The notes under the pieces: generated by a model
Database searches by the model: none
What the model was told of the DNA's origin: nothing
The model's input: the letters and a program-made list of their open reading frames with translations, nothing else
Origin: Candidatus Nanopelagicales bacterium
Lineage (GTDB): Bacteria; Actinomycetota; Actinomycetes; S36-B12
Direction of reading: 5' to 3'
NCBI GenBank assembly: GCA_044240195.1
Contig: JBIHZX010000001.1
Location: 135,576 to 199,575 of the forward strand
Length of the DNA: 64,000 bases
Shown here: positions 9,542 to 20,399 of the stretch, one piece after another
Numbering within the stretch: the stretch's first letter is position 1
Layout: the number at the start of each line of letters is the position of its first letter
Position numbers and translations under genes: made by a program

Positions 9542-10852
9542 TCAGTCTAGCGATTCACCGCTCCGGAGCTTTCGAAGCCGATCTGCCACGGCCCCAAGGC
9601 GATCCTCCGCTCCGTGGTGAGTGGGTCGGTAGTAGTGAGAGCCCTCCAATTCCAGAGGCAAATACGACTGCTGCGCTACCCCACTTATTTCATCGTGTGG
9701 ATACACGTAGTTGGCACCGTGGCCCAATTCGGATGCACCCGGATAGTGCGAATCGCGCAAGTGCAATGGAACACTTCCCACCCGACCCTGTTGTACATCG
9801 GACATGGCCGCACCTATTGAAGTAACCACACTATTGGACTTAGGCGCAAGCGCCGCCTCCAGCGTTGCGTGCGCCAAGATAATTTGCGCTTCTGGCATTC
9901 CGACCAGCTGCACAGACTGCGCTGCAGCAACCGCTGTTAACAACACTTGCGAAGCCGCTAGACCAATATCCTCACTGGCTAAGATCATGAGTCTTCTTGC
10001 GATGAAACGCGGGTCTTCGCCAGCATGCAACATTCGGGCGAGATAGTGCAGTGCAGCATCAGGGTCACTCCCCCGGACACTCTTGATGAATGCACTGATG
10101 ACGTCGTAGTGGGTGTCTCCGTCTTTGTCATAGCTAATTGCAACCACATTTATTGCATTTTCAACATCTTCGACGGAGATTTCTCGACTTGAGCGAGCAA
10201 GCGTCGCATTTGCTGCCGCCTCGAGAGCTGTCAATGCCCTACGAGCATCACCACTACTCGCGTCAATGAGTGCCTGGGTTGCAGCATCGCTCGCCGTAAC
10301 GCTCGCACCAAGGCCTCGTTCACTTTCCATTGCTTGGATCAACACCGTTCGCAGTGAGACCTGGTCGAGAGGCTCCAACTTCACGACAACACTTCTCGAA
10401 AGTAATGGGGAGACGACTGAGAAACTTGGGTTCTCCGTGGTGGCTGCGACTAGGGTCACCCATCCATTTTCAACCGCGGGAAGCAATGCGTCCTGCTGGG
10501 CTTTATTGAATCGATGCACCTCGTCAATGAAGAGAACCGTCTCACTCCCATACAGGCTTGAATCCTCACGAGCCTTCTCGATCACCTCACGGACATCACG
10601 CACGCCAGCACTAACTGCGGATAGTTCACGGAACTTTCGACCCGTTTGAGCGGAAATCAAGGTCGCGATCGTGGTTTTCCCTGTTCCCGGAGGTCCCCAC
10701 AGAATGATTGAAACGGATCCTGAGCCGGTAAGAAGTAGCTGGAGTGGACTTCCCAGTGTGAGCGCCCGCTCTTGACCGACTAAATCTTCAAAACTCCGTG
10801 GTCGCATTCGAACCGCTAGCGGCCCGACCGAACTTTGCTCAAATAAACTCAC
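9542..10852 (-). CDS. rarA: Replication-associated recombination protein A (MgsA/RarA AAA+ ATPase)
   Basis: 436 aa. It has Walker A GPPGTGKTT, Walker B LFIDEVHRFNK and an MgsA-type C-terminal domain. Confidence 0.9.
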   Translation of the reverse strand: MSLFEQSSVGPLAVRMRPRSFEDLVGQERALTLGSPLQLLLTGSGSVSIILWGPPGTGKTTIATLISAQTGRKFRELSAVSAGVRDVREVIEKAREDSSLYGSETVLFIDEVHRFNKAQQDALLPAVENGWVTLVAATTENPSFSVVSPLLSRSVVVKLEPLDQVSLRTVLIQAMESERGLGASVTASDAATQALIDASSGDARRALTALEAAANATLARSSREISVEDVENAINVVAISYDKDGDTHYDVISAFIKSVRGSDPDAALHYLARMLHAGEDPRFIARRLMILASEDIGLAASQVLLTAVAAAQSVQLVGMPEAQIILAHATLEAALAPKSNSVVTSIGAAMSDVQQGRVGSVPLHLRDSHYPGASELGHGANYVYPHDEISGVAQQSYLPLELEGSHYYRPTHHGAEDRLGAVADRLRKLRSGESLD

Positions 10853-10882
10853 GTCTCAACAATAAGGCGTTGAAATGCAGGA

Positions 10883-12652
10883 TTAGGCCTGTCCTTGAGC
10901 GTTTTCCTCATGCTCATTCTTTTTCGGCTTTGCATCGATGCCAGCCTCCCTACGCTGGGCAACCGTGATTTGGGTTGGCGCACCTGTCAATGGGTCCTGC
11001 CCGCCACCCGTTTTCGGGAACGCGATCACATCTCGTAACGAATTGGCACCGGCAAGCAACATGCAGATTCGATCCCAACCGAATGCGATCCCGCCATGAG
11101 GTGGGGGGCCGAAAGCAAAAGCTTCGAGGAGGAAACCAAATTTTTCGTTGGCTTCGTTTTCGTCGAGTCCAAGAATTCGAAATACCTGGTTTTGAATATC
11201 ACCCTGGTGGATACGAATTGACCCGCCACCGATTTCATTTCCATTACACACCAGGTCATAGGCCCAAGCGAGTGCTTCACCAGGTGACTCGGTGAACGTA
11301 TTGAGCCACTCACCATTCGGCGAGGTGAACGGATGGTGCACGGCTGTCCACGTCCAAGTGCCGGCATCGTCTTGGACTTCCTCGAACATCGGAGCGTCAA
11401 CGATCCAAACAAAGCTCCACACACTTTTATCGATGAGATCGAGACGCTCAGCGACTTCGTTGCGTACTGCACCCAGTAATGCACGTGCATCGCTTGCCCG
11501 GCCGGCTGCGAAAAAGATACAGTCCCCAATCTGTGCTCCGCTGGCAGCGACCAGACCCTCGCGCTCTTGATCGCTGAGGTTCTTGGCGACCGGGCCACCG
11601 AGGCCATCTTCATTCACCGTTACATAAGCCAGTCCCTTGGCGCCGCGTTGTTTAGCCCACTCTTGCCATGCATCAAAGCCTCGGCGTGGTTGATCTGCAC
11701 CACCGGGCATGATGACTGCACCGACGTATTCGGCTTGGAAGACCCGAAATGGTGTCTGTTCAAAGTACGACGTGAGATCAACAAGTTCAAGATCAAAGCG
11801 GAGGTCCGGCTTGTCGCTTCCAAATCTACGCATGGATTCGTGATACGTCATTTGCGGAATTTCGCCGATTGTGTAATTCAAAATTCCTTGCCACACAGAG
11901 CGAATGACTCGCTCTCCAACAGCCATAACGTCATCTTGATCAACGAAACTCATCTCGATGTCAAGTTGAGTGAATTCCGGTTGACGATCGGCCCGGAAAT
12001 CTTCATCTCGATAGCAGCGGGCGATCTGGAAGTATTTTTCCATGCCGGCAACCATGAGCAACTGCTTGAATAACTGCGGTGACTGAGGCAGCGCGTACCA
12101 ATTACCTGGTTGCAGCCGGACAGGAACCAAAAAATCGCGTGCACCCTCGGGAGTTGAACGAGTAAGTGTTGGCGTTTCAATCTCAATGAAGTCATCGTCT
12201 ATCAAAACACTACGAGCGATGTGGCTCACTTTGGAGCGCATACGCAAAATATCTCCAGCACTTTTACGGCGCAGGTCGAGGTAACGGTGACGCAAACGAA
12301 CTTCGTCATTCACAGTTGTGCGGTCATCAATCGGGAAAGGAAGGGGGGCGGACTTGGAGAGAACCTCCAGATTGGTGGTGATTAATTCGATGTCACCGGA
12401 AGCCAAATCTGGGTTGGCGTTACCTTCTGGTCGTTCTTCAACGGTGCCCGTGACCGCGATGCAATATTCATCACGCAAGTCGTGCGCCATTGACGTATCT
12501 CGCACTACGACCTGGGCAACCCCCGTTGAGTCACGAAGATCGAGGAAAGCAACCCCACCGTGATCCCGTCGGCTGGCGATCCAACCTGCCAATGTCACTT
12601 CGCGTCCGATATCTGCGCGAGTTAACGCACCTGCTTGAGCCGTGCGAATCAC
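10883..12652 (-). CDS. aspS: Aspartate--tRNA ligase
   Basis: 589 aa with [17 protein letters not shown] and GGGSIRIH. Confidence 0.95.
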   Translation of the reverse strand: MIRTAQAGALTRADIGREVTLAGWIASRRDHGGVAFLDLRDSTGVAQVVVRDTSMAHDLRDEYCIAVTGTVEERPEGNANPDLASGDIELITTNLEVLSKSAPLPFPIDDRTTVNDEVRLRHRYLDLRRKSAGDILRMRSKVSHIARSVLIDDDFIEIETPTLTRSTPEGARDFLVPVRLQPGNWYALPQSPQLFKQLLMVAGMEKYFQIARCYRDEDFRADRQPEFTQLDIEMSFVDQDDVMAVGERVIRSVWQGILNYTIGEIPQMTYHESMRRFGSDKPDLRFDLELVDLTSYFEQTPFRVFQAEYVGAVIMPGGADQPRRGFDAWQEWAKQRGAKGLAYVTVNEDGLGGPVAKNLSDQEREGLVAASGAQIGDCIFFAAGRASDARALLGAVRNEVAERLDLIDKSVWSFVWIVDAPMFEEVQDDAGTWTWTAVHHPFTSPNGEWLNTFTESPGEALAWAYDLVCNGNEIGGGSIRIHQGDIQNQVFRILGLDENEANEKFGFLLEAFAFGPPPHGGIAFGWDRICMLLAGANSLRDVIAFPKTGGGQDPLTGAPTQITVAQRREAGIDAKPKKNEHEENAQGQA

Positions 12653-13950
12653 GATTGGTCCTCTTTCCTAGTTTCTGCCGGTAAATTGCGTAATGTTTCC
12701 TGCATTGCGGGAATCAGGGTTCCGTGATCGCCAGAGAGTGAGTGCTGTTCGCCGCTGGACATGTTTTTGACCAGAACGCTCGATGAAGACAACTCGTCGG
12801 GTCCAAGAATTATGACCAGCGGTGCATTCGTGCTGTTGGCGGCTTTCATTGCACTTTTGATGCTTCGATTATCAACACATACATCAGTTGCGATTCCAGC
12901 TGCTCTCAACGCATTGAGTAAGGACACGGCTGGTCCACGACTTTGATCCCCGACTGGAACAATGAAAACATCAAGAATCCGCGCACTGAACGGAGTCAAC
13001 CCTTCGGCTTCGCATGCGAGAAGCGTTCGGTCTACACCAAGCCCGAATCCAATCCCGGAGAGTTCACTACCGCCAAGCTCAGCCATGAGGCCGTCGTAGC
13101 GGCCACCTCCACCAATCCCAGACTGCGCACCAAGTCCAGGATGAACAAATTCAAATGTTGTCCGCGTGTAGTAGTCCAGCCCGCGAACCATCCGTGGCGC
13201 CTCATTCCACTGTACGCCGAATAGACGCAGGAATTCGCGCACTTGATCGTAATGTTCTTGGCATTGATCACAGAGCGAATCAATCATCAGCGGCGCGTCA
13301 ACTAATTGCGATGAAACGATTTCGCGCCTGTCATCGAGTACCCGCAATGGATTGAGCTCTGCCCTCTCCCTAGTTTCCTGATCAAGATCGCAGGTACCAA
13401 GAAACTCTTGAAGCTTGATTCGATAAGCCGGTCGACACTGAGAACATCCCAATGAAGTCAGATCAAGATGAAAGTCCTTCAGACCCAACGAGCGATAGGC
13501 CTGGTCCGCAAGGGCTATAACTTCGGCATCAATTATCGGATCAACTGAACCGATTGCCTCAACACCGACTTGTTGCAATTGTCGGTATCGGCCGTGCTGG
13601 GGTCGCTCGGCCCGGAAAAACGGTCCGCGGTACCAAAGCTTGACCGGGAGCGCCCCTTTATCTAATCGATTCTCAATAACTGCTCGCATGACACCCGCCG
13701 TGCCTTCTGGTCGGAGTGTGATTGAGCGATCACCACGGTCAGTGAAGGTATACATCTCTTTCTGAACCACGTCAGTACTTGCCCCCACACCTCGTTCAAA
13801 AAGTTCGGTCGCTTCAAATACGGGCAACTCAATGTACTCATAACCACTTCTGCGAGCCGAAAAACTGAGTTGTTCCTGTACACGCAGAAAGTCTCTACTC
13901 CGGGGTGGCACGTAGTCGGGGACACCTTTAGGTGCGTTGATGGTGGTCAC
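12649..13950 (-). CDS. hisS: Histidine--tRNA ligase
   Basis: 433 aa. It has class II motif 2 ([20 protein letters not shown]) and GGGGRYDGL. There is a 4-nt overlap with the aspS start. Confidence 0.95.
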   Translation of the reverse strand: MTTINAPKGVPDYVPPRSRDFLRVQEQLSFSARRSGYEYIELPVFEATELFERGVGASTDVVQKEMYTFTDRGDRSITLRPEGTAGVMRAVIENRLDKGALPVKLWYRGPFFRAERPQHGRYRQLQQVGVEAIGSVDPIIDAEVIALADQAYRSLGLKDFHLDLTSLGCSQCRPAYRIKLQEFLGTCDLDQETRERAELNPLRVLDDRREIVSSQLVDAPLMIDSLCDQCQEHYDQVREFLRLFGVQWNEAPRMVRGLDYYTRTTFEFVHPGLGAQSGIGGGGRYDGLMAELGGSELSGIGFGLGVDRTLLACEAEGLTPFSARILDVFIVPVGDQSRGPAVSLLNALRAAGIATDVCVDNRSIKSAMKAANSTNAPLVIILGPDELSSSSVLVKNMSSGEQHSLSGDHGTLIPAMQETLRNLPAETRKEDQS

Positions 13951-13953
13951 GGA

Positions 13954-14634
13954 TTACAAACCTTTACCGGTCGAAAGAAATGGATTTGTCGCTCGCTCCA
14001 CACCGATTGTTGTACTTGGACCATGGCCGGGGTAGACACGCGTGTGATCGGGCATTGGCAAAATCACATTTTCTAATGAATGAGTCATAGCCGACAAACT
14101 CCCGCCAGGTAGGTCTGTTCGGCCGATTGATCCCGCAAAGAGGACATCCCCGCTAAAAACGATCGGTTCACCGCCACCCTGCGTGCTGATCACCATGGAG
14201 CCTTCCGTGTGTCCTGGGGCATGGATGAATTCCCAGTCCAATCCCGCGATACTAAGGGACTTGTTGTGCTCGATTATTTCAATGTCATCGGGTTCAGTGA
14301 GCTCTAGCTCGCCCTTGGTCATTGCTAGTAACTGTTCCCGTGCGGCCGCGAAGCTACTTCCTGCCGGATCCGCGAGGCGATACCGGTCATCAACATGAAT
14401 TAACGCGGGAATACCAAAATCTGCGCTCACTGGCGCAACACTCCAAATATGGTCAATATGACCATGGGTCAAGATAACCGCCGCCGGTGTGAGACGGTTT
14501 TCCCTCACAATTTCCTTGATTCCTTCAATGGAGTCCTGGCCCGGGTCGATAATGATCGCCGGCTCACCCGGACCTGCGGAGACAACATAGGCATTCGTGG
14601 CCCAAGAGCCCGCGGGGAAACCTTTGATCAACAT
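13954..14634 (-). CDS. MBL-fold metallo-hydrolase (glyoxalase II-like)
   Basis: 226 aa with the zinc motif ILTHGHIDH. Confidence 0.85.
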   Translation of the reverse strand: MLIKGFPAGSWATNAYVVSAGPGEPAIIIDPGQDSIEGIKEIVRENRLTPAAVILTHGHIDHIWSVAPVSADFGIPALIHVDDRYRLADPAGSSFAAAREQLLAMTKGELELTEPDDIEIIEHNKSLSIAGLDWEFIHAPGHTEGSMVISTQGGGEPIVFSGDVLFAGSIGRTDLPGGSLSAMTHSLENVILPMPDHTRVYPGHGPSTTIGVERATNPFLSTGKGL

Positions 14635-14695
14635 AAGGGTCTCAGCCTATCCATGAGTATCCTTACCCACCTATCACCACAAAGCTAACGAGCCC

Positions 14696-15484
14696 TTGGA
14701 GAGCCACAGGATGTCGACACAAAAGCGTGAACGCGATCTAGCGCGTGCCAAATACGAGCGCCAGCAGGCCAAACGATCCGAACGAGCCCAGCATGCCAAA
14801 CGAAATCAGCGGATTACCGCGATCGTCGTTGTTATTGCCCTTGTTTTTGCTGGAGTTGGATTTGCCGTTTTCAACGCGACCAACGGTGACCCGGCTACCC
14901 CTGCACTAGACGCACAGACCGAGGCGGTTGCTCTTGATTGCGCACCAATCGGGACCCCCCGCGCAAACGACATGACCTACCCCGATGGCCCCGTTCCTCT
15001 GGAGAGCACACCCACCACTCTGACCCTGGATACAAATTGTGGGCAGATCGTGATTGCCCTCGATGCTAAAGCCCAAAAAACCGTTGAATCAGAGGCATTT
15101 CTTGCCGATAGCGGCTTCTATAACAACACGTCTTGTCACCGACTCACCACCGAGGGCATCTTTGTGTTGCAATGCGGTGACCCTCAAGGTGATGGAACCG
15201 GTGGCCCCGGTTACTCAGTACCCGATGAAAATCTACCAACACCAGGGGAAACTAATTACCCTGCTGGAACGATCGCCATGGCAAACGCTGGCCCTGGGAC
15301 CAGCGGTTCCCAGTTCTTCATCGTCTACGCCGACACGACCCTGCCCGGTGACTACTCAATCTGGGGCACGGTGACCAGTGGCCTAGACATCGTGCAAGAA
15401 GTGGCCTCGGTCGGCGTCAAGGGGGGCCTCACCGATGGGGTTCCGGCCCAGCCAGTCTTTATCAATACGGCAACAGTTTCCTAA
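14696..15484 (+). CDS. Peptidyl-prolyl cis-trans isomerase, cyclophilin type, membrane-anchored
   Basis: 262 aa. A basic N-terminus and one TM helix precede a cyclophilin core (VLQCGDPQGDGTGGPGY, GTIAMANAGPGTSGSQFFIVY). The start codon is TTG. Confidence 0.85.
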   Translation: MESHRMSTQKRERDLARAKYERQQAKRSERAQHAKRNQRITAIVVVIALVFAGVGFAVFNATNGDPATPALDAQTEAVALDCAPIGTPRANDMTYPDGPVPLESTPTTLTLDTNCGQIVIALDAKAQKTVESEAFLADSGFYNNTSCHRLTTEGIFVLQCGDPQGDGTGGPGYSVPDENLPTPGETNYPAGTIAMANAGPGTSGSQFFIVYADTTLPGDYSIWGTVTSGLDIVQEVASVGVKGGLTDGVPAQPVFINTATVS

Positions 15485-15609
15485 CATTGTTGGCAAACCC
15501 GCAGTAAAAGCGTCAAAATGTAGGAAAGTAGGGTTACGTCCGATTCACATGCATTCACAGTGCTGCAACCTTTGTAGCCGACCGACCAGGTTCCCGCGAG
15601 AGGCCCGCC

Positions 15610-16944
15610 ATGACCGAAACTCCATCTTCTACAGTCTCCACGAGCTCAACTTCTACCCCCTTGATTCCGACTCCAGGATCCCTTAAACAACCTGTACGCC
15701 CAGCAATTTCACAGGCGTCACAGTGGGGGCGCGTTAGCGAAGATGGCACGGTTTATCTCAACGCACCCGAGGGTGAAGTTATTGTGGGTCAATACGCCGC
15801 TGGAACTCCGCAGCAGGGCTTAACCTTTTATGCCCGCAAATACGACGATTTGGTTGTTGAAATTGATGTGATTTCAACCCGCGTTGCCGAAGGAAAAACC
15901 TCAGCTGATGCAGCTTCCCAAGTGGTCAAAAGAGTACGCGAAACGTTATCCAAACGCTCATTTGTTGGCGATATCGCAACACTTGATGCTCGCTGCAACA
16001 CAGTTGACACATTGATTGAGGAAAAGAGGCTAGGCGAGCGGGCACGTAAAGCCGCACAGAAGGAGAGTGCCCACGCGGCTCGACTCGTCCTCGTGGAGGA
16101 GGCCGAAAAGATGTCTGATTCGGGTTCCTGGAAAACGACAACAGAGCGCTACACCGAAATCGTAGAAGAATGGAAGACTCTCCCAAGGGTTGATCGCTCC
16201 GCCGAGCAAGAACTCTGGAAACGCCTGAGCAACGCTCGGACATCTTTCGACAAAAGGCGTCGAGCTCATTTCCATGAGCTTGATGCCGTCCGCAAGGACG
16301 CCTTGAGCGCCAAGCGTGATCTGATCACCCGAGCTCAAGCAGCAGCGGGCACCGCCGATGCGAAAGCGGGGATCAAGAAGTTCAAGGATCTTATGGAGGA
16401 TTGGAAGAGAGCTCCACGCGGTAGCCGTGCAGACGAAGACAAACTGTGGAAGCGATTCAAAGCCGCTCAAGACGAGTTCTATGAAAAGCTCAAAGCGGGA
16501 GAGGCTGCCGAGGAAGAAAAATTGGTCCCGAATGTGGCGCTCAAAGAGGAACTTGCCGTCAAGATTGAAGCTCTTCTACCCGTTGATCTTAAGAACCTGA
16601 AGAATCAAAAATCTCAATTGCGCGATCTACAGATTGCTTGGGAGAAAATTGGCGAACTCCCCAAGAAGGATCGTGCGCGACTTGATTCCCGCGTGAAAAA
16701 AGTCGAAGACGCGTTCCGGGCCGTTGAAGAGACCAAATGGACTGCCTCAAACCCTGAAGCTTTGGCTCGGGCAGAAGACACCGCTAATGCATTTGCCGGC
16801 GGCTTATCAAAATACGAGCGTCAACTCGAACAAGCTTTGGCCAAGGGTGACACGAAGACTGCGGCACAGCTCGAGGAGTCAATCAAAAGCCTGCGCGCGT
16901 TGCTGGGCGCCGTAGAAAGCACCGCAGCAGATCTCAGTTCTTAA
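15610..16944 (+). CDS. DUF349-repeat protein
   Basis: 444 aa and Lys/Glu-rich. It has repeated helical units such as EQELWKRLSNARTSFDKRR and EDKLWKRFKAAQDEFYEK. Confidence 0.75.
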   Translation: MTETPSSTVSTSSTSTPLIPTPGSLKQPVRPAISQASQWGRVSEDGTVYLNAPEGEVIVGQYAAGTPQQGLTFYARKYDDLVVEIDVISTRVAEGKTSADAASQVVKRVRETLSKRSFVGDIATLDARCNTVDTLIEEKRLGERARKAAQKESAHAARLVLVEEAEKMSDSGSWKTTTERYTEIVEEWKTLPRVDRSAEQELWKRLSNARTSFDKRRRAHFHELDAVRKDALSAKRDLITRAQAAAGTADAKAGIKKFKDLMEDWKRAPRGSRADEDKLWKRFKAAQDEFYEKLKAGEAAEEEKLVPNVALKEELAVKIEALLPVDLKNLKNQKSQLRDLQIAWEKIGELPKKDRARLDSRVKKVEDAFRAVEETKWTASNPEALARAEDTANAFAGGLSKYERQLEQALAKGDTKTAAQLEESIKSLRALLGAVESTAADLSS

Positions 16945-16965
16945 CCATTTCAGTTCTTAACCATC
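16934..16965. repeat. 16-nt tandem duplication (tcagttcttaaccat x2) spanning the stop codon of the DUF349 gene
   Basis: The 15-mer tcagttcttaaccat occurs at 16934-16948 and again at 16950-16964. The first copy contains the TAA at 16942-16944. Confidence 0.75.
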
Positions 16966-16971
16966 ACAGTC

Positions 16972-19251
16972 CTAAACGCGATACGCGTCAAAGACACCTT
17001 CGACCCCACGCACGGCTTTGATTACTGAACCAAGATGTTTTGGATCCGCCATCTCAAAAGTGAAGCGAGATGTAGCAATTCGATCCCGCGTAGTGGAAAC
17101 AGAAGCACTGAGAATATTGACATGCGTGTCTGAGAGCGCTCTGGTGACATCGGCCAGCAAACGGGCCCGGTCCAGTGCTTCAACCGCGATGTTGACCAAA
17201 AACATGCTATTAGGAGTGGGCGCCCACGAAACCTCCACCAGTCGCTCAGGCTGAGACATGAGTGAATCCACATTCACGCAGTCCCCACGATGCACCGAAA
17301 CTCCGGAACCGCGTGTCACAAATCCAAAAATTGAATCGCCCGGAACCGGTGTACAGCACCGAGCCAATTTGACCCAAACATCGTCAGCACCATTGACCAG
17401 TACTCCAACATCGTGATTTCGTGACTTTGTGGCCGTGCCAAATGTCGGCCGGAATGCTTCTGCTGTGTCATCGGCCGCACCGTCAACACCACCAGAAACG
17501 TCGATGAGCCGAGCCACAATCGTTTGAGCAGAAATTCTCCCCTCACCAACGGATGCATAAAGAGCCGTTACATCTGCCTGATGCAGTCCTGCAGCGATAC
17601 TCGTCAACGCCGCATTCGTCATCATGCGTTGGAGCGGCAGTCCTTGCCGGCGAACAGCACGCACAATCTGATCTTTGCCATTGTCAACCGCCTCATCGCG
17701 TCGTTCCTTGGAAAACCACGCTTTTATCTTGCTCTTGGCCCGAGCAGAGACAACGAAATTCAACCAATCTCGACTGGGCCCCGAACCATCGGATTTCGAG
17801 GTAAAGATCTCAACAACATCGCCATTTTTAAGTTCTGATTCCAGCGGTACGAGCTTTCCATTGACTCGTGCGCCAACGCAACGATGTCCAACTTCTGTGT
17901 GCACGGTGTAGGCAAAATCAACCGGCGTTGAGGCCACGGGCAGTGAGAAAACGTCGCCTTTGGGCGTGAAGATATAAACTTCGGAGGTACCCAGGTCATA
18001 TCGCAAAGAGTCCATGAACTCACTTGGATCGGCGGTCTCTCGTTGCCAATCGACGAGCTGGCGTAGCCACGCAAAGTCGTCGGTCTTTACTTCAGAACCC
18101 TGTTTGTAACGCCAATGCGCCGCGACTCCATATTCGGAGGCCCGATGCATATCGTGCGTCCGAATCTGCACTTCAACAGGTTTTCCATCAGGACCAATCA
18201 CCGTGGTATGCAGTGATTGATACATATTGAACTTTGGCATTGCAATGAAATCTTTGAACCGACCCGGCACCGGACTCCAGTGGGCGTGGATTGTTCCCAA
18301 TGTTGCGTAACAGTCGCGAATCGAGTCGACCAAAATTCGAACGCCAATCAAGTCGTAGATGTCATTGAAGTCTCGACCACGCACAATCATTTTTTGGTAA
18401 ATTGAGTAATAGTGTTTGGGTCGTCCAGTTACCTGACCCTTTATTTTGCTGTTGCGCAAGTCGTCATTTAGTTGATCAATTATGAGATTTAGATTTCGTT
18501 CGCGTGAAGGTGCCCGCTGTTCGACCAATGAATCAATTTCTGCGAACATTTTCGGGTGCAGCGTCCCGAAAGCAAGATCTTCCAACTCCCATTTGATGGC
18601 ATTCATGCCGAGACGGTGCGCAAGAGGTGCATAAATTTCGAGGGTTTCGCGTGCTTTCTTTTCCTGTTTCGCATCGGGTAAATACCGCAGCGTTCGCATA
18701 TTGTGAAGTCGATCTGTCAACTTTATGACAAGCACTCGAATGTCACGTGCCATCGCGACCACCATTTTTCGCACGGTCTCCGCCGCCGTTGCATCACCGT
18801 AAGTGACCTGGTCGAGCTTCGTTACTCCGTCCACCAAAAGTGCTATTTCATCCCCAAAATCTTCCCTCAAAGCGTCAAGGGAATAACCACAATCTTCCAC
18901 TGTGTCGTGTAGTAGAGCTGCCGCCAAGGTAGCTGAAGTCATACCAAGATCTGCTAAAATTTCGGCAACGGCGACTGGATGGGTGATGTAGTCCTCGCCC
19001 GATCGTCGTTTTTGATCACGATGTAAATGTCGGGCCATTTCATAGGCCCGCTCAACAACTTTGGTATCGGACTTCGGGTGGTACTTACGCAATGTCCGCA
19101 GTAACGGTTCAATCTCCGATGGGCTCGATCGATTCGGGCCAAAGCGAGAGAGTCGAGAGCGTATTCCACTTTCGGTATTCGGTGTCCCGGTGCCTGAGCC
19201 GGACAGCGTCGGTGTCGGGGTAACTACGTCTTCTGACATATGCCCTCCCAC
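16972..19251 (-). CDS. relA: Bifunctional (p)ppGpp synthetase/hydrolase
   Basis: 759 aa. It has an HD domain (HPVAVAEIL...LLHDTVED), a synthetase domain ([22 protein letters not shown]), and TGS and ACT domains. The ATG at 19239, behind GGGAGGG, is a plausible alternative start. Confidence 0.95.
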   Translation of the reverse strand: MGGHMSEDVVTPTPTLSGSGTGTPNTESGIRSRLSRFGPNRSSPSEIEPLLRTLRKYHPKSDTKVVERAYEMARHLHRDQKRRSGEDYITHPVAVAEILADLGMTSATLAAALLHDTVEDCGYSLDALREDFGDEIALLVDGVTKLDQVTYGDATAAETVRKMVVAMARDIRVLVIKLTDRLHNMRTLRYLPDAKQEKKARETLEIYAPLAHRLGMNAIKWELEDLAFGTLHPKMFAEIDSLVEQRAPSRERNLNLIIDQLNDDLRNSKIKGQVTGRPKHYYSIYQKMIVRGRDFNDIYDLIGVRILVDSIRDCYATLGTIHAHWSPVPGRFKDFIAMPKFNMYQSLHTTVIGPDGKPVEVQIRTHDMHRASEYGVAAHWRYKQGSEVKTDDFAWLRQLVDWQRETADPSEFMDSLRYDLGTSEVYIFTPKGDVFSLPVASTPVDFAYTVHTEVGHRCVGARVNGKLVPLESELKNGDVVEIFTSKSDGSGPSRDWLNFVVSARAKSKIKAWFSKERRDEAVDNGKDQIVRAVRRQGLPLQRMMTNAALTSIAAGLHQADVTALYASVGEGRISAQTIVARLIDVSGGVDGAADDTAEAFRPTFGTATKSRNHDVGVLVNGADDVWVKLARCCTPVPGDSIFGFVTRGSGVSVHRGDCVNVDSLMSQPERLVEVSWAPTPNSMFLVNIAVEALDRARLLADVTRALSDTHVNILSASVSTTRDRIATSRFTFEMADPKHLGSVIKAVRGVEGVFDAYRV

Positions 19252-19310
19252 TGAACGCGACCAATAAACCTATTCTATGCTCGCACGGCAGCGGGTGCTC
19301 AGATCCCAAC

Positions 19311-20399
19311 TCATTTGCGTTTTGAGCGCGGCACCTTTCGAGGCTGGGTTCGCTCAACGGGATCGAGATTCCGGGGAATCGTTAACTCTTCCGTTGACAG
19401 CTCCCCCTGTCCCGTCTCAACACTTTTTCGCTGTACCTGGGCCCTACGAGCATGTACCCGTGCTGACAGCGCTTTCATCTCCGGTGTTGCAGACTTCAAC
19501 TGGGCTAAAACGGGCGTCGCAATAAAGATGGACGAGAAAGTACCGACGGTCATACCGATAGCAAGAACAACGGCCAAGTCAAGCAATGTTCCCGCGCCGA
19601 GAAGCAACGCTCCGACGAAAATGATCGAGAAAACCGGTAACAGTGCAACGACAGACGTGTTGATAGACCTCACCAGGGTTTGGTTCACCGCAAGGTTTGC
19701 CGCCTCGTTGTAGGTGAGAACCGACTGTCCGGTTAGGCCGCGAGTGTTCTCCTTGACTTTGTCAAATACGACCACCGTGTCGTAGAGCGAATAACCCAAA
19801 ATTGTCAAAAGCCCAATCACCGACGCCGGCGTGACTTCGAGACCAATCAGGGCATAAATTCCAATTGTGATGATCAAGTCATGGGCGAGTGCGACCAATG
19901 CACCGACCGCCATTCGCCACTCAAAATAGAGTGTCAAGAAAAGGGTGACCAAGAGGATGAACACGATGAGGCCTTGTAATGCCTTCGCGGAAATCTCCGC
20001 TCCCCAGGTCGGTCCAACTACCTGGTACTTGACATCTTCTTTTGCAATTCCACACGCATCAGCCAGTTGACCCGCAAGAACTGATGACTCTGCCGGGGTA
20101 AGTGTTTGCGTTTGAACTCGGATAGTCCCCGATCCGCTAACGGTCACAATACTTTGCGCACCCGTTTGCGTTTCTGCAACACCCCGTGCTTCTTCGACTG
20201 AGCATGTGGCTGCGGGGAGTGAGAAATCCGCGCCACCTTTGAACTCAATACCGAGATTTAGCCCCCGACCTAACAATGCACCGACGCTGATCAGCAAAAG
20301 GATTCCACCAATTATGTACCACGTTTTCCAGCGCCCGACGAAATTAATTGTGACATCGCCTTGATACAGGCGCTGACCAATCTTTGACAGTTTGCTCAT
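19311..20399 (-). CDS. secF: Protein translocase subunit SecF
   Basis: 362 aa with the SecF TM topology. There is a 4-nt overlap with the secD stop. Confidence 0.9.
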   Translation of the reverse strand: MSKLSKIGQRLYQGDVTINFVGRWKTWYIIGGILLLISVGALLGRGLNLGIEFKGGADFSLPAATCSVEEARGVAETQTGAQSIVTVSGSGTIRVQTQTLTPAESSVLAGQLADACGIAKEDVKYQVVGPTWGAEISAKALQGLIVFILLVTLFLTLYFEWRMAVGALVALAHDLIITIGIYALIGLEVTPASVIGLLTILGYSLYDTVVVFDKVKENTRGLTGQSVLTYNEAANLAVNQTLVRSINTSVVALLPVFSIIFVGALLLGAGTLLDLAVVLAIGMTVGTFSSIFIATPVLAQLKSATPEMKALSARVHARRAQVQRKSVETGQGELSTEELTIPRNLDPVERTQPRKVPRSKRK

